A stretch of DNA of 64,000 nt from Octopus sinensis (Eukaryota): the NCBI RefSeq assembly GCF_006345805.1, contig NC_042998.1, positions 207,142,001 to 207,206,000 of the forward strand, read 5' to 3'. Each line of letters opens with the position of its first letter. The first letter of the stretch is position 1. The translations under genes and the position numbers were made by a program. Below, one piece after another: positions 50,345-63,790 of the stretch. The notes beneath the pieces were generated by a model. The model searched no databases. It was not told the origin of the DNA and worked only from the letters and a program-made list of their open reading frames with translations.

Positions 50345-50770
50345 AGCACAGCAGGTCACCCTTGCCTTGGATCGTAGGGCGACCTGCTGTGCTTGAGGAG
50401 ACCTATTGAGTCAAGTACATCAACATCAAAATAAATATCAAATGGAAATTGTAGTTGTGATACCTGTGCCGGTGGCAAGTAAAAAGCACCATCTGAATGT
50501 GGCCGATGCCAGTGCTGCCTTGACCGGCTTCTGGGCTGGTGGCATATAAAAACCGATCACGGCCGCTGCCAGCCTCTTCTGGCCCCTGTGCCGGTGGCAT
50601 GCAAAAAGCACCCACTACACTCACAGTTGGTGTTAGAAGGACATCCAGCTGTAGAAACACTGCCAGATCAGACTGGAGCCTGGTGCAGCCTCCTGGCTTC
50701 CCAGACCCCAGTCAAAGCATCCGACCCATGCCAGCATGGAAAGCAGACGTTAAATGATGATGATGATGAT
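50345..50770 (+). mobile_element. RTE 3' UTR copy
   Basis: Family motifs and (GAT)n tail. Confidence 0.88.
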
Positions 50771-51032
50771 GAATATATTTCGAGTGACATTATGCTTGTA
50801 GAAAAAAAAAAATAATAATTGGGGACGCAGATGTTTATGGTCTGCTTGATCAGAGTTGACCTGGGGTTAAACAATGCCAACCAGTTTGATTCAAAGTATT
50901 TACAATTCCTGTATTACTAAATTGATGAGAGAAAAATCCCCACCAGGAGAAGAGGTGTTTTATTTAGAGGTGTGTCTCCTAGAAGAACAAAAACTCAACA
51001 CCAATGTATCTACCTCAAGTTCCTATAAGCCT

Positions 51033-51950
51033 CAATGACCCTGAGAGCTATGCCAGTGGAGCAGAGGCCCCTGGTAGGGCCTCTCATACTGGACAAGTCA
51101 AACAATACAGGTCAGACCAATATGGACTTCTTCTTCCCAGAGGTAAAATGGAGTTTGTGTAGGACTACCAATCCTGTCTCGAAAGAAAAGCAAAGTTACA
51201 GAAGCATTGATGGCATTTCTGAAGACTACGGAGAGGAAGGATTTACCCTCAGGGAAACATATGATGTGGTACAGCAGAATGCAGAAAGAAACTGTAAGGA
51301 AGCAGGGACCCAACTAGGGAGACGCTGAAAAGACACCTGTAACAGGATGAGAGATTCCCGCAGAGGATGGGTGCAGCTCGCATCCTTTACGTCAAATATT
51401 AATCGAAGAAAGAGTCAAGATTTTTCCATTAACTTCAACAATCATCATCATCATCATCATCATCGTTTAACGTCCGCTTTCCAGGCTAGCATGGGTTGGA
51501 CGGTTCAACTGGGGTCTGGGGAGCCCGAAGGCTGCACCGGGCCAGTCAGATCTAAATATTTATTCTTTGATTTGCAAATATAAACATTTCCTTCCTCTGG
51601 GCGAATTGGCAACCTAGGAGCTTATTGGCAGTAGTCAAGTGGAGTGAGTCAATCCTGCCCGTTCAAGCATAGCGGAGATGCGCCACGAGGTAGCAGCTCA
51701 AGTGAGCCGCTGGAGACACGTCTGTTTTGTTCAGCTGCTGGCGTCCAAGAGAGCGATACAAGAGAATTTCACTGCTGCTAGTTTTCTGCGCATGCACATG
51801 GGGGAACTTCCGGCAGGCCTTCCGGAAGACTCCAATCCTGCACATGCGTGCTGGAGATTTCCAATATGGCGTCACTACAGACCCCAGAGTCAAGAAGAGA
51901 AAAGTTGTTGGTGACCAATGCTCTATAGAAGGGGAAAGACTGAGGTAATA
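51033..51950 (+). mobile_element. Possible old RTE (Expander/Rex3-like) remnant, 5' region and C-terminus
   Basis: aatgaccctgagagctatgcc...gcccctggtagggcctctca resembles my recollection of RTE 5' regions; PRVKKRKVVGDQCSIEGERLR* resembles the RTE terminal DRxxWRxxVxxLCS motif. Confidence 0.4.
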
Positions 51951-52194
51951 AGCAGCAACATATAGTCGTTCTTGTAAGTATGACAAGGTGGAGGCATGAC
52001 TAGGTACATGCATAGCAAGACAGCATAAGGCATGGGCATTGCTAGGAACAGGCATGACTGTCAGTTAAGAAATTAGTTTTGCAATTGTGTTGTTTCAGGT
52101 TCAATCCCCACCTCGAGCAAGTGTCTATTTTTTCACTGCCCTAATCAATGCTGGATAAGGAAATCTGTTAAAGGGAAACTGTATTAAACTCAGC

Positions 52195-52605
52195 ATGTAG
52201 CTGTGGCCAGTGCCCCCTGACTGGTTCCCGTTCTGGTGGCACGTAAAAAGCACCATCCGAAAGTGGTCAATGCCAGGTCCACCTGACTGGCTCCTGTAAC
52301 GGTGGCACATAAGAAACACCATCTGAATGTGACCAATGCTCCCTGACTGGCTCCGGTGCAGGTGGCACATAAATCACTCTGAACATGATTGATACCAGAA
52401 CCACCTGACTGGCTCCTATGCTGGTGGCACATAAAAAGCACCCACTACACTCTTGGAGTAGTTGGCGTTAGGAAGGGCATCCAACTGAAGAAACACTGCC
52501 AGATCAGATTGGGGCTTGGTGCAGTTGCTGGCTTTCCAGGCTTCAGTCAAACCATCCAACCCATGCCAGCATGGAGAACGGACATTAACCAATGATGATG
52601 ATGAT
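52195..52605 (+). mobile_element. RTE 3' UTR copy with about 4 internal units
   Basis: Family motifs and (GAT)n tail. Confidence 0.87.
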
Positions 52606-52645
52606 ATATATAAAGCAAAGATATTTTATTCCACACAGGTAGAAA

Positions 52646-53268
52646 TATAGGAATATAGAAGTTAAAAATGCACTGAGAATAGTTAAAATACTTTTTATTG
52701 AAATATCTGAAGCTTTACCCAGTTTTGCAGTTTACCCAGATTTTCAAAAAGTTCAAACAGAAGGACTTGGCTTATGTCACAGCTGTCTCACTTCTGACTA
52801 GCTTTTGAAGTTTGCCCTATTTTTATAGGAAGTTTGTGACACTAACACACAGATGTATTAGGGGAAATGTACAAAAGGTTATAAACTCAGTCATGTGTTC
52901 ATTCTCTACAAACACTTGACAGAACACAGATTATTTGAACTTGTTCAGTCAACCGTGACAGCCTTAACTTATGAGGCCAAACATTGTCACTTGATACTAA
53001 CACAAGGATGTAGCTGGGAACCTACAAAAATGTAACTATCCTCTACCAATCAAATCCTATTCAAAACATACCAATTTGAGCCATGAACTCCCTATAGAAA
53101 TAGGGCAAGCTTCAAACGCTAGTCAGGAGCAAGACAGCTGCAACATAAGCCACATCTTTCTATTTGAATTTTTTAAAAATCAGTGGAAACTGAAACCGGT
53201 TAAAGCTTTGTATTAATAAAAAATATTTTAACTATTTTCAGTGCATTTTCAACTTGTATTTTCCTATA
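52646..53268. mobile_element. Foldback/MITE element with ~195-bp terminal inverted repeats
   Basis: 52646-52842 is the reverse complement of 53078-53268 at roughly 80% identity; termini TATAGG/CCTATA. Confidence 0.85.
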
Positions 53269-54099
53269 TATATATATATATATACAACACATTTGTAGCC
53301 ATTGTAGGCATATGTGTAGCTGTAGTAAATACAGACGTGACAAGGTGCCTTCCCACCCACAATGTTCTGGCTTCAGTTCCACTGCATGACACCTTGAGCA
53401 AGTGTCCTCTACTGTGGCCCTGGGCTGATGAAAGCCTTGTGATTAAATTTGGCAGATAGAGACTGTAACACAACCATTCAAAATATATCATCTTCATCAT
53501 TTAACGTCCATCCTCCAACCTGGCATGTGTTGGACAGTTTGACAGGAGCTGGCCAGCTGGGGCGCTGTCAGGCCCCAATTGCCTGTTCTGGCACAGTTTC
53601 TACACCTGGATGCCCTTCCTGATGCCAACCACTTTACAGATAGGGCTGGGTGCTTTTTCCATGCCACTGGCATGGGTGCACATATGTGCCACTGGCATGG
53701 CTGCACTTAATGTGCTACTGGCACGAATGCATTCTACGTGGCACTGATACCTGGAAGACAAAGACCTCTCAGCTAGGAGAGGGTGTGGGGCATGGCCATA
53801 AAGGACAGACCTGTATGTTGGTGGATGGCTGTGATTTTCTTAGCTTGGCCAAAATAATTCCAGAAATAGACAACAGGTCATACAGATTCATGTAAATGCA
53901 TGTCTGTGGATGTGCTTGCGTATGCACGCACACATATATATACAGAGAGAGATGGAAAGAAAAAAATATTCTCAGAATTGCACTTAAACAAGAAGTGAAA
54001 ATATAACACAAAGAAAATAGAGATAAAAAAACAAAAAAGTTGAGAAAAATATTATAAAATGAGAGATGTTATAAAGCACATGCATACACATACACACCC

Positions 54100-54750
<651 letters not shown>

Positions 54751-55259
54751 AAAGTGAAACGGTGGTGCAATGTGCCACCAACAGACGACCTCAGTCTGAG
54801 GATGTATGTGCACATACATGCACCTGTGTGTCAGTGTTTATGAATAAATTATAACCAAACTAAAACGAAAGTCTAATCTAATTAGAAAGACGTCTGCAAC
54901 AAGACAAACTTAATTCTGCTTCAGTTGTTCATTTAATGAGACAAAAAATAGTTTAGGAAACATTTTAACAACATTCCAAATCTTGAAATATTTCTGGTGT
55001 ACTCCATCAGCCATCCTCATCACCCCCATCCACTCGAGCTAATCGGAAGAGATGTGGTTTTCACAAAATCTCATTATTTGAACTATCAATGGTCAAGAGC
55101 TCCCCCCCCCTCTCTCAATGGTGACATACAGAGAAACTCCATCAGAAATTAGCTCGCCTTTCTAACCATCTAACTTTCCTGTGTAAATGTAGAGACTCAA
55201 AGCTAATAACCCATTGACATGAATGTAAACACAAACCCATGGTTGGGTTCAAAATTCAA

Positions 55260-55636
55260 GAAGGGCACATAAAAAACATCAACCGATCGTGGCCGCTGCC
55301 AGCCTCCCCTGGCACCCGTGCCGGTGGCATGTAAATAGCACCCACTTAAATCATCAAAAAGAGCCAGAAGAGTTTGTAATGAAATTTTATGTTTCCAAGT
55401 GCCTCCAAAACTTGCAGTAGACAGAGAACCAGTTTCCCTCAAACTGGTCACAGTTTTTGCAATGGCATGTAAAAAGCACCCATAACACTCTCAGAGTGGT
55501 TGGCGTTAGGAAGGTCATCCAGCTGTAGAAACACTGCCAGATCAGACTGGAGCCTGGTGCAGCCTCCTGGCTTCCCAGACCCCGATCAAACCATCCAACC
55601 CATGCTAGCACAGAAAACGGACGTTAAACGATAAAC
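55260..55636 (+). mobile_element. RTE 3' UTR pieces
   Basis: Family motifs. Confidence 0.85.
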
Positions 55637-55639
55637 GAT

Positions 55640-55771
55640 GACACTTGAAGGAGGCTGGAGAATAAATCAACCGAAACGTTGTGATAACAACAAACAAGAT
55701 GGGGACAAATATCCATCAAATGTAAATAAGGTAAATAATGTACAGAATTGCTCATCTCAAAAATACAGAAC
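55640..55771 (+). mobile_element. Second copy of the hammerhead-bearing tail (hammerhead remnant 55640-55685)
   Basis: GACAC TTGAAGGA GGCTG gagaataaat CAACC GAAAC GTT GTGAT, followed by the same tail as 4324-4394. Confidence 0.7.
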
Positions 55772-55986
55772 CTCTCTTATCAGCTACCCTTCTTAACACC
55801 CACTTCACCCCCCCCCCATATATTCCTATCTCTCCCTCTCCACAACTCCTACACTTTACCCCTTGTTTTTCTATTCTCCTTTCCTGAGCCTTTCCCGTAT
55901 CTCCTAACCCCAACCCCTCTGCATACTGCTATTTCCCTTCATCTGCACTCCCACCCTTGTTTTTCCCTCACTGCACTAACCACCAC

Positions 55987-56300
55987 GAGGGCACATGGCT
56001 TAGTGGTTAGCATATTCAGCTCACAATCATTAGGCCATGAGTTCAATTCCTGGCAGTACTTTGTGTCCTTGAGCAAGACACTTTATTTCATGTTGCTCCA
56101 GTCCACTCAGCTGACAAAAAGCAGTTGTACCTGTAATTCAAAGGGCCATTCTGTATCATAGTGAATCTCCTTGATAACTACATTAAGGGTGTGCACGTCT
56201 GTGGAATACTCGGCCACTTACATATTAATCCTATGAGGAGGCTGTTCCGTTGCTCAGATCAACTGGAACACTCATCGTTGTAACCGATGGAGTGCCAGGT
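55987..56300 (+). mobile_element. tRNA-derived SINE family B
   Basis: TGGCTTAGTGG (box A), GAGTTCAATTCC (box B), central domain as at 16273. Confidence 0.82.
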
Positions 56301-57289
56301 ACTAAACTACTTCTCCACCTGTTTATTCCCTCCTCACATTCTTATGAAAGCATCCACTCTCTCATTCCCTCCCATGACTCACTGTCCTCATCCTCTATTG
56401 TGCTCCTCTCCTTGTTCCTTGAGATCTTGCTCTAGCACGCCACCACTCCCTTCCTGTCCCTCTTTCAACATCTGGCACACATCAGTCGACCAGCACCTTC
56501 CCCTCTCAAATACTTCTTCATAGTGGGAGTTCCCCACCCCACTTTCCCCTTTCACCTTCTCTGTGTTGCAAGTTACTTGGCAACCTCACTAGTGCTGGTG
56601 CTACAAAAAAAAAGACACCCTCTCCACACTGTAAATTGATTGGCATTAGGACGGGCATCCAGTATCGGAGATGGCAATGGCTGCTGCAAGATCTCATCCA
56701 ATATGGCACTGACTGCTTGTGCCACTAAAATGTGATAGCTCATTTTTAACACAACATTGTAGGGTAAGTGTGAGAGGCTGGATCTAGTCAGTTTGAACAT
56801 AAAACAGGTTGGATATTTGAACCCAATAAAAGGTGGTGAGATGGCAGAATCGTTAGCACACCTGACAAAATGTTTAGTGGTATTTTGTCTGTCTTTACAT
56901 TCTGAGTTCGAATTCCACCGAGGTCAACTTTGCCTTTCATCCTTTTGGGGTCGATAAATTAAGTACCAGTTGCATACTGGGGTTGATCTAACTGACTGGT
57001 CCCTTCTCCAAAATTGCTGTCTTTGTGGCAAAATTTGAAACCATATTTGAGCCAGATATAGTCAGTTTAAATGCTAAAGGGTTAAAATAGCTTGAATAGA
57101 TGTAAATAGGTGGCAGTGAGAACTGGATGGACATTAGAGGTTTCCAGTTAGAGATGAGGAAGAACTGGGTGAATGGGTGAGGCAGAAGAGAATAAGGGAG
57201 GGCTATTGTAAGGGGGTGGGCATGGATGCAAGAGGTGGAGACTGAATAAAGTGTGTACAGGTGGAGATGGGGGAGGGCAGAGGGTATTA

Positions 57290-57968
57290 AATAATAATAA
57301 TAATAATTGTGTACAGTGCTCAGGTGCACTACAACTCATCTAAAGTGTATATATAATCAGGTGTAGTTTCGGCGGATTTCGGAAAGCATGAGGGCCTTAA
57401 AAGATGCAGTGTCATGGCAGTCAACAACTGACGCAGGCAGTTTATTCCATGCTTCAGCAACTCTGAGCGTGAAAAAATGTTTCCGAAAGTCATGGGAGCT
57501 GTATTGTTTTCTGACTTTGTAGGCATGTCCACGTGTGTTAGACACATGGAGATCAAAAAGGTGTTCAGTGTTGTTGTTGGTGAGGTGGTTGATAACTTTG
57601 TGGGTGTTTACCAAGTCCGTCGCCAAACGCCGGAGCTTCAGTGAATCCATGCCCAGGGAAACAAGGCGCTCAGAATATGGTAGGTGTCTGATGGAGGGTA
57701 TGCGTTTGGTTGCACGTCTCTGGACAGATTCCAGGAGGTCAATGTTCTGTGCAAGATAGGGGTTCCAAACTGATGATGCGAATTCCAAGTGTGGTCGTAC
57801 CATAGCTGTATACAGTTTTAAATAGATGGCTGGAGAGCGGCTAACAAAAGACCTGCTGAGTGATGCCAAGACACCCTCGGCCTTCCTGACAATCTTAGAG
57901 ATATGCTTTGACCAACGCAAATCACTGCTGACAGTGATGCCTAGGTCACGCTCGCAAGAGGATTTCTT
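57290..57968 (-). mobile_element. CR1-clade LINE 3' fragment with an open ORF2 C-terminus (57920-57357) and (ATT)n tail
   Basis: KSSCERDLGITVSSDLRWSKH...LYTAMVRPHLEFASSVWNPY...LESVQRRATK...NTRGH...FFTLRVAEAWNKLP are canonical CR1 motifs. Confidence 0.95.
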
Positions 57969-58261
57969 GTAGCAAGGTGAGTTAATCAGTGTGGTATTTA
58001 AGTGTTCCAGCCATGACTGTCCAGTTTATTTTCAGTGTAATGTAATGGTAACTCTATGAAGCATAGAGGTTTACAATAGAAAATCCTCTTAAGAGACATA
58101 GCATGGCTTGGTGGAGAGTTATTGTAAGGGAGATAATCGTTTCTGGTGAACGCTTGGCTGGATTAGAAATCTGATTTCTTAACCGATGACCAAATAAGGA
58201 GACGCACAGAATATATTTGACATTAGTTTTGCTCATTCATTTCAAGGATCTTACAATTTCC

Positions 58262-59010
58262 AGTCATAGGTGCACGCGCGGTGGTGTGGTAAGAAGCTTG
58301 CTTCCCAACCACATGGTGCTGGGTTGGTACTGAGCAAGCGCCTTCTTGTAATAACCTCAGGCTGGCCAAAGCCTTGCGAGTAAATTTGGTAGACAGAAAC
58401 TGGGACCAGCCCATTGTGTGTGTGTGTGTGTGTGTGCGAGTTCTATCTTTTAATTATTTTGAAATAATCCTCAGCGCAGGTGAGGGGTCAGAAGCTTACT
58501 TCCCAATCATTTGGTTCTGGGTTGGCAACAAGCAAGTGCTTTCTACTATAAACTCAGGCTGGCCAAGGCCTCGTGAATAGATTTGGTGGACAGAAACTGG
58601 GACCAGCCCATTGTGTGTGTGTGTGTGTGTGTGTGTGAGTTCTATCTTTTAATTATTTCTAAATAATCCTCAGCGCAGGTGAGGGGTCAGAAGCTTACTT
58701 GCCAATCATTTGGTTCTGGGTTGGCAACAAGCAAGTGCTTTCTACTATAAACTCAGGCTGGCCAAGGCCTCGTGAATAGATTTGATAGAAGGAAACTGGG
58801 ACCAGCCCATTGTGCGTGTGTGTGTGTGTGAGTGTTTGTCCCCCAACACCCCTTGATAACTTAGTGGCTTGGCAAAAAGCAACTGATAGAATAAGTAGCA
58901 GGCTGAAGAAGAAGACAGTAAGTCCTGGGGGTCGATTCATTTGACTAAACATTCAAGGTGGTGCCCCAGCATGGCCACAGTCTAATGAGACTGGAACAAG
59001 TAAGAGATAA
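58262..59010 (+). repeat. 199-bp tandem triplication of a SINE-A head plus flank
   Basis: gttctatctttt at 58440 and 58639; the final unit continues into the SINE-A tail. Confidence 0.88.
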
Positions 59011-59699
59011 AAGGTACTTAAAAAAGCCCCAAAAAATCAATTTAATTTGAGAAGTGGAGATTGACTGAGAGCAAACCGTTAACGAAGCAACTTTATCAGA
59101 AATCTGTTAAACATCTTAAGAAGCAAAACGAGAAACAGAACAAAAAAAAAGAAAAAAAGGAAAAAAGAAAAGAACAAAGAAGCAAAGTGCAAACATTTGA
59201 GTTTACAAAGTGAAGCCATTTGAATGGTGTAGTTTGACAGGTTGAGCACTAATTAGTCCAAGCTTAATAGCTTTGCTGGGCACTAAACTACAATCACCCT
59301 TGCCCGACCCTTCACCTCTCTACCTCTCCACCTCTGGCAAATTGGTTGTCTTTTGTGAGCCAAAATGAGAATTTATTGTATGGTTTTGATCTTCTCTGGT
59401 GGATTGATGAAATAAAGTACCAGTTAAGTACTGGGCTACAATGCAGGCTGAGCAAAAAGAAATTATCTAAAAATCTATTCGGTCAGTTATTAAAGGTCAG
59501 CTGAGGAACGTAAAGATTCCAGTGTTAGTTTGTTTTACACGAGAAATTTACTGGGCTTTTTTTCATTTTTTTTTTTCGGTCATTACCAATTTCTAACGGG
59601 TTTATTTTAACCCTATGCACAACACCTTAACCAAACAAACAGAAGGTAGGAGTTGAAGGATTAGAGAAACCAGAAATGCAACTTTAATGAAAGTTAAGA

Positions 59700-60250
59700 A
59701 CATCATCGTCATCATCATTGTCGTTTAACGTCCACTTTCCATGTTGGTATGGGTTGGACGGTTTTGACTGAGGACTGGTGAGCCAGCAGGCTGCATCAGA
59801 CTCCAATCTGATCTAGCAAATTTTCTACAGCTAGATGTCCTTAATGCCAACCACTCCGAGTATGTAGTGGGTGCTTTTACATGCCACCAGCACGAGGGCC
59901 AGTCAGGTGGTTCTGCAGAAAACTGGCAGAACCGTTAACATGCTAGAGAAAAATGCTTAGCGTCATTTCATCCATTTTTACATCATCCTCATCATCATTT
60001 AACGTCCGCTTTCCATGCTGGCATGGGTTGGATGGTTTGACTGAAAACAGGTAAGATGGGGGACTGCACCAAGTTTCCAATTCCATTTCGTAATGTTTCT
60101 ATGGCTGGATGCCGAGAGTGTAGTGGGTATTTTTTACGTGCCACTGGCACTGGCCACGACTACTGTCTCGCTTGGCTTGACAGGTCAACACAAGCACGGC
60201 TTATTGCCAAGGGTCTTGGTCACCTGTCACTGCTTCCATGAGGCCCAACA
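59700..60250 (-). mobile_element. Two RTE 3' UTR fragments
   Basis: Family motifs. Confidence 0.85.
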
Positions 60251-60404
60251 CCCAAATGGTGCTTCTTATGACTGGAGCAACAGGAAAATAAGCTCCAGTT
60301 GTCCCTGCTAGCAAAAACGTGTAGTACTCGTAATTCAAAGGGCCAGCCTTGTCACACTTTGTGTCATGCTAAATCTCCCTAACAACTATGTGAAGAGTAT
60401 GCAT

Positions 60405-60805
60405 ATCTTATTTCTTTACTACCCACAAGGGGCTACACATAGAGGGGACAAACAAGGACAGACAAACGGATAAAGTCGATTACATCAACCCCAGTGCGTA
60501 ACTGGTACTTATTTAATTGATCCCGAAAGGATGAAAGGCAAAGTCAACCTCAGTGGAATTTGAAGTCAGAATGTAGCGGCAGACGAAATACCTATTTCTT
60601 TACTACCCACAAGAGGCTAAACACAGAGGGGACAAACAAGGACAGAAAAATGGATTAAGTCGATTATATCGATCCCCAGTGCGTAACTGGTACTTATTTA
60701 ATTGACCCCGAAAGGATGAAAGGCAAAGTCAACCTCAGTGGAATTTGAAGTCAGAACGTAAAGACAGACGAAATACCTATTTCTTTACTACCCACAAGAG
60801 GCTAA
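60405..60805 (-). mobile_element. SINE-M multimer (2+ units)
   Basis: Junction gacgaaatacctatttctttactacccac occurs twice. Confidence 0.9.
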
Positions 60806-60828
60806 GCAATCATAAAATTTATAAAATT

Positions 60829-61530
60829 GCAGCGTGGAATGTGTTTATAACCCATTTAAAAAAACACAAAAAAACGTTAGATTCACTTCAACATTTAAAT
60901 CTAATTTGTGTCAAAATATTTGCGTCGCTTTGAGACTGCAACCTGTTCACTGGCAAAATTCCGTATGTATGTATGTATGCATGAATGTATGTATGAATGT
61001 ATGTATGTATGTATGCATGAATGCATGTATGCATGAATGTAGGCATGCATGTATGTATGTATGTACATACGTACGTATGTATGTATGCATGCATGCATGC
61101 ATGAATGTATGTATGCATGTATGAATGTATGTATGTGTATCTGTATATTTGCATGTATGCATGAATGCATGTATGTATGCATGTATGTAGGCATGCATGT
61201 ATGTATGTATGTGTGCATGTATGCATGAATGAATGTATGTGTGCACGTATGCATGAATGAATGTATGTGTGCATGTATGCATGAATGTATGTATGTATGT
61301 ATGTATGCATGTATGCATGTATGTATGTATGTATGCACGCATGCATGTAGGCATGCATGCATGTATGTATGTATGTGTGCATATAAGAGATGCAGCATGG
61401 AATTTTGTCAGTGAACAGGTCGCGGTCTCAAAGTGAGGAAAATATTTTGACAAATTAAATTTAAATGTTGAAGTGAATCTAACGGTTTTTGTGTGTTTTT
61501 TAAATGGCTTATAAACACCTTCCACGCGGC
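60829..61530. repeat. ~133-bp inverted repeats flanking a (TATG/CATG)n tract
   Basis: 60829-60962 is the reverse complement of 61399-61530 at roughly 85-90% identity. Confidence 0.9.
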
Positions 61531-61624
61531 AACTGTTTTTGTTTCAGCACACAATTTCAGATCAGGTCACTTGCTATGCAAGTACATCTCCATAATTTTT
61601 GTATACAATTCCTAATAATATTCA

Positions 61625-62130
61625 ATGACTAGTGACCGAGACCTTTGGAAATATGCTGTGCGTGAGAAGACCCGGCAGGACAAGTGAGACCATAACCCGG
61701 GGCCTCTACCTGGGATGTAGCCATTGGACACAAAACTCTGCTTGCGAAGACCTGTTGAGGCAAGTGAAATCGAAATCGATCAAAAAATCAATAGAAATTG
61801 TAGTTGTGACACCTGTGACGGTGGCATATAAAAAGTGCAATCCAACGTGGCCGTTGCCAGCTTCGGCTCGACTGGCTTCAGTGCCGGTGGCATGCAAAAG
61901 GCACGAACCAATCGTGGCTGTTGCCAGCCTCGCCTGGCACCTGTGCCGGTGGCATCTAAAAAGTACCCACTACACTCACGGAGTGGTTGGCGTTAGGAAA
62001 GGCATCCAGCTGTAGAAACACTGCCAGATCAGACTGGAGCCTGGTGCAACCTTCTGGCTTCCCAGACCCCGGTCAAACCGTCCAACCCATGCCAGCATGG
62101 AAAACGGACGTTAAACGATGATGATGATGA
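61625..62130 (+). mobile_element. RTE fragment: ORF2 end (MTSDRDLWKYAVREKTRQDK*) + 3' UTR
   Basis: Links the abundant (GAT)n-tailed repeat to the RTE ORF at 552-930. Confidence 0.9.
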
Positions 62131-62650
62131 TCAAATGGATAATGAGGGTCCGGTGGAGCAAAACAGGAGTAAAAAATATTCATGGTTAATAAAATGGTCA
62201 AGGACCATTGGTCTAAAGGAAACAAGCATCTTACTAATGCCAACATTTTTTCCATTCTTTTGAGGTCAAATACCACAAGTATTGAGGAAGTGAGTTGCTA
62301 TAACAAGCTGTGAACTGGTGAGTGTCAGTCGTACCGAGTGGCCCGGCTGGTTGTTCAAGTGCCAAGCAGCATCCAACTAAACAAGGCCTATGGACGAGCC
62401 TTGCATCTGTAAAAGATGCACAAGAGATAAGAGAGAGAGACAAGCACCCAGTGACATGAAGCTGTCTAAAGCACATCCCCCCACCCCCCTCTCACCTCAA
62501 TATTGCGTAGAAATGGTTCTGTTTATAGTTGTATGAAAGCGATTTGATATTGGCAATGTACACAAGCAAACCAATTATCCATTTCTAATTTATTATTTAT
62601 TCCTTTAAAATGTCAATCTTTTTCTAGTGCTCTGTTGCTTGGTACATAGT

Positions 62651-62948
62651 GGAGGCACATGGCCTAGTGGTTAAGGCAGTGGACTCGCGGTCGAGGGATC
62701 GCGGGTTCGAATCTCAGACCGGGCGATGTGTGTGTTTATGAGCGAAACACCTTAAGCTCTACGCGGCTCCCGCAGAAGGGAATGGCAAATTTCTGATTTT
62801 TTCGCCACAACTTTCTCTCACTCTTTCCTCCTGCATCTAGCAGCTCACATGTGACAGACTGGCATCCTGTCCAGGTGGGGAACCTATACACCAACGAAAC
62901 CGGGAAACCGGCCCTTATGAGCCAGGCATGGCTCGAAAAGGAACAAAC
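62651..62948 (+). mobile_element. tRNA-derived SINE family D, full length
   Basis: TGGCCTAGTGG box A, GGTTCGAATC box B, gactggcatcctgtccagg domain; no tRNA acceptor stem or CCA. Confidence 0.8.
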
Positions 62949-63139
62949 TTTGTATATAATCTCGTCAACCCTGAGCTTAAGTTTCAAGGCCTTCAGTGGA
63001 TGAGAGTTAAAGCTGCTCCTGGATAGGGTGCCAATCTATTTCAGGAAACCTCTCCAGATTATCTGGTCCCTATCTATGGTGTTAAGTGTGCCATGTAAAT
63101 GGTTGACCACAATACCTACTGTAAACTTAACCTCAATAT

Positions 63140-63375
63140 CTATTTCTTTACTACCCACAAGGGGCTAAACACAGAAGGGACAAACAAGGACAGACAAACG
63201 GGATTAAGTCGATTACATCGACCCCAGTGTGTAACTGGTACTTAATTTATCGACCCCGAAAGGACAAAAGGCAAAGTCGACGTCGGCGGAATTTGAACTC
63301 AGAATGTAATGGCAGACGAAATACTGCTAAGCATTTCGCCTGGTGTGCTAACGTGTCTGCCAGCTCACCGCCTTC
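63140..63375 (-). mobile_element. SINE family M, full length
   Basis: Near-consensus copy. Confidence 0.9.
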
Positions 63376-63589
63376 TGTAAACTTAACCTCAATATCTTTG
63401 ACCAATTCTTTCAAGGTTTACAAGAAGAAAGACACGCATTGCTTCTGTGTATTTTCCCAAGACAACAGAAAAGCTATGGGACCTCTTCTATTGAACTATA
63501 GTACCATCCCAGATGCGATTGTCAAAGCCACCATCATCATCATCACCATTCTTTGTGTTGAGCCCTGCTGCTTCAGCTAAAGAGTTAAC

Positions 63590-63790
63590 ATCAACATGGC
63601 ACGTAAAAAACACTCACTACACTCTCGGAGTGGTTGGCATTAGGAAGGGCGGGCATCCAGCTGTAGAAACTCTGCCAGATCAAGATTGGAGCCTGGTGCA
63701 GCCATCTGGTTTGCCAGTCCTCAGTCAAAATCGTCCAACCCATGCTAGCATGGAAAGCGGACGTTAAACGATGATGATGATGATGATGAT
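63590..63790 (+). mobile_element. RTE 3' end
   Basis: Family motifs and (GAT)n tail. Confidence 0.88.

Noticed and set aside
62651-62730. tRNA gene
   Set aside because: It has boxes A and B but no acceptor stem and continues into a SINE body. The same holds for the heads at 33101-33438, 55987 and all SINE-A copies.
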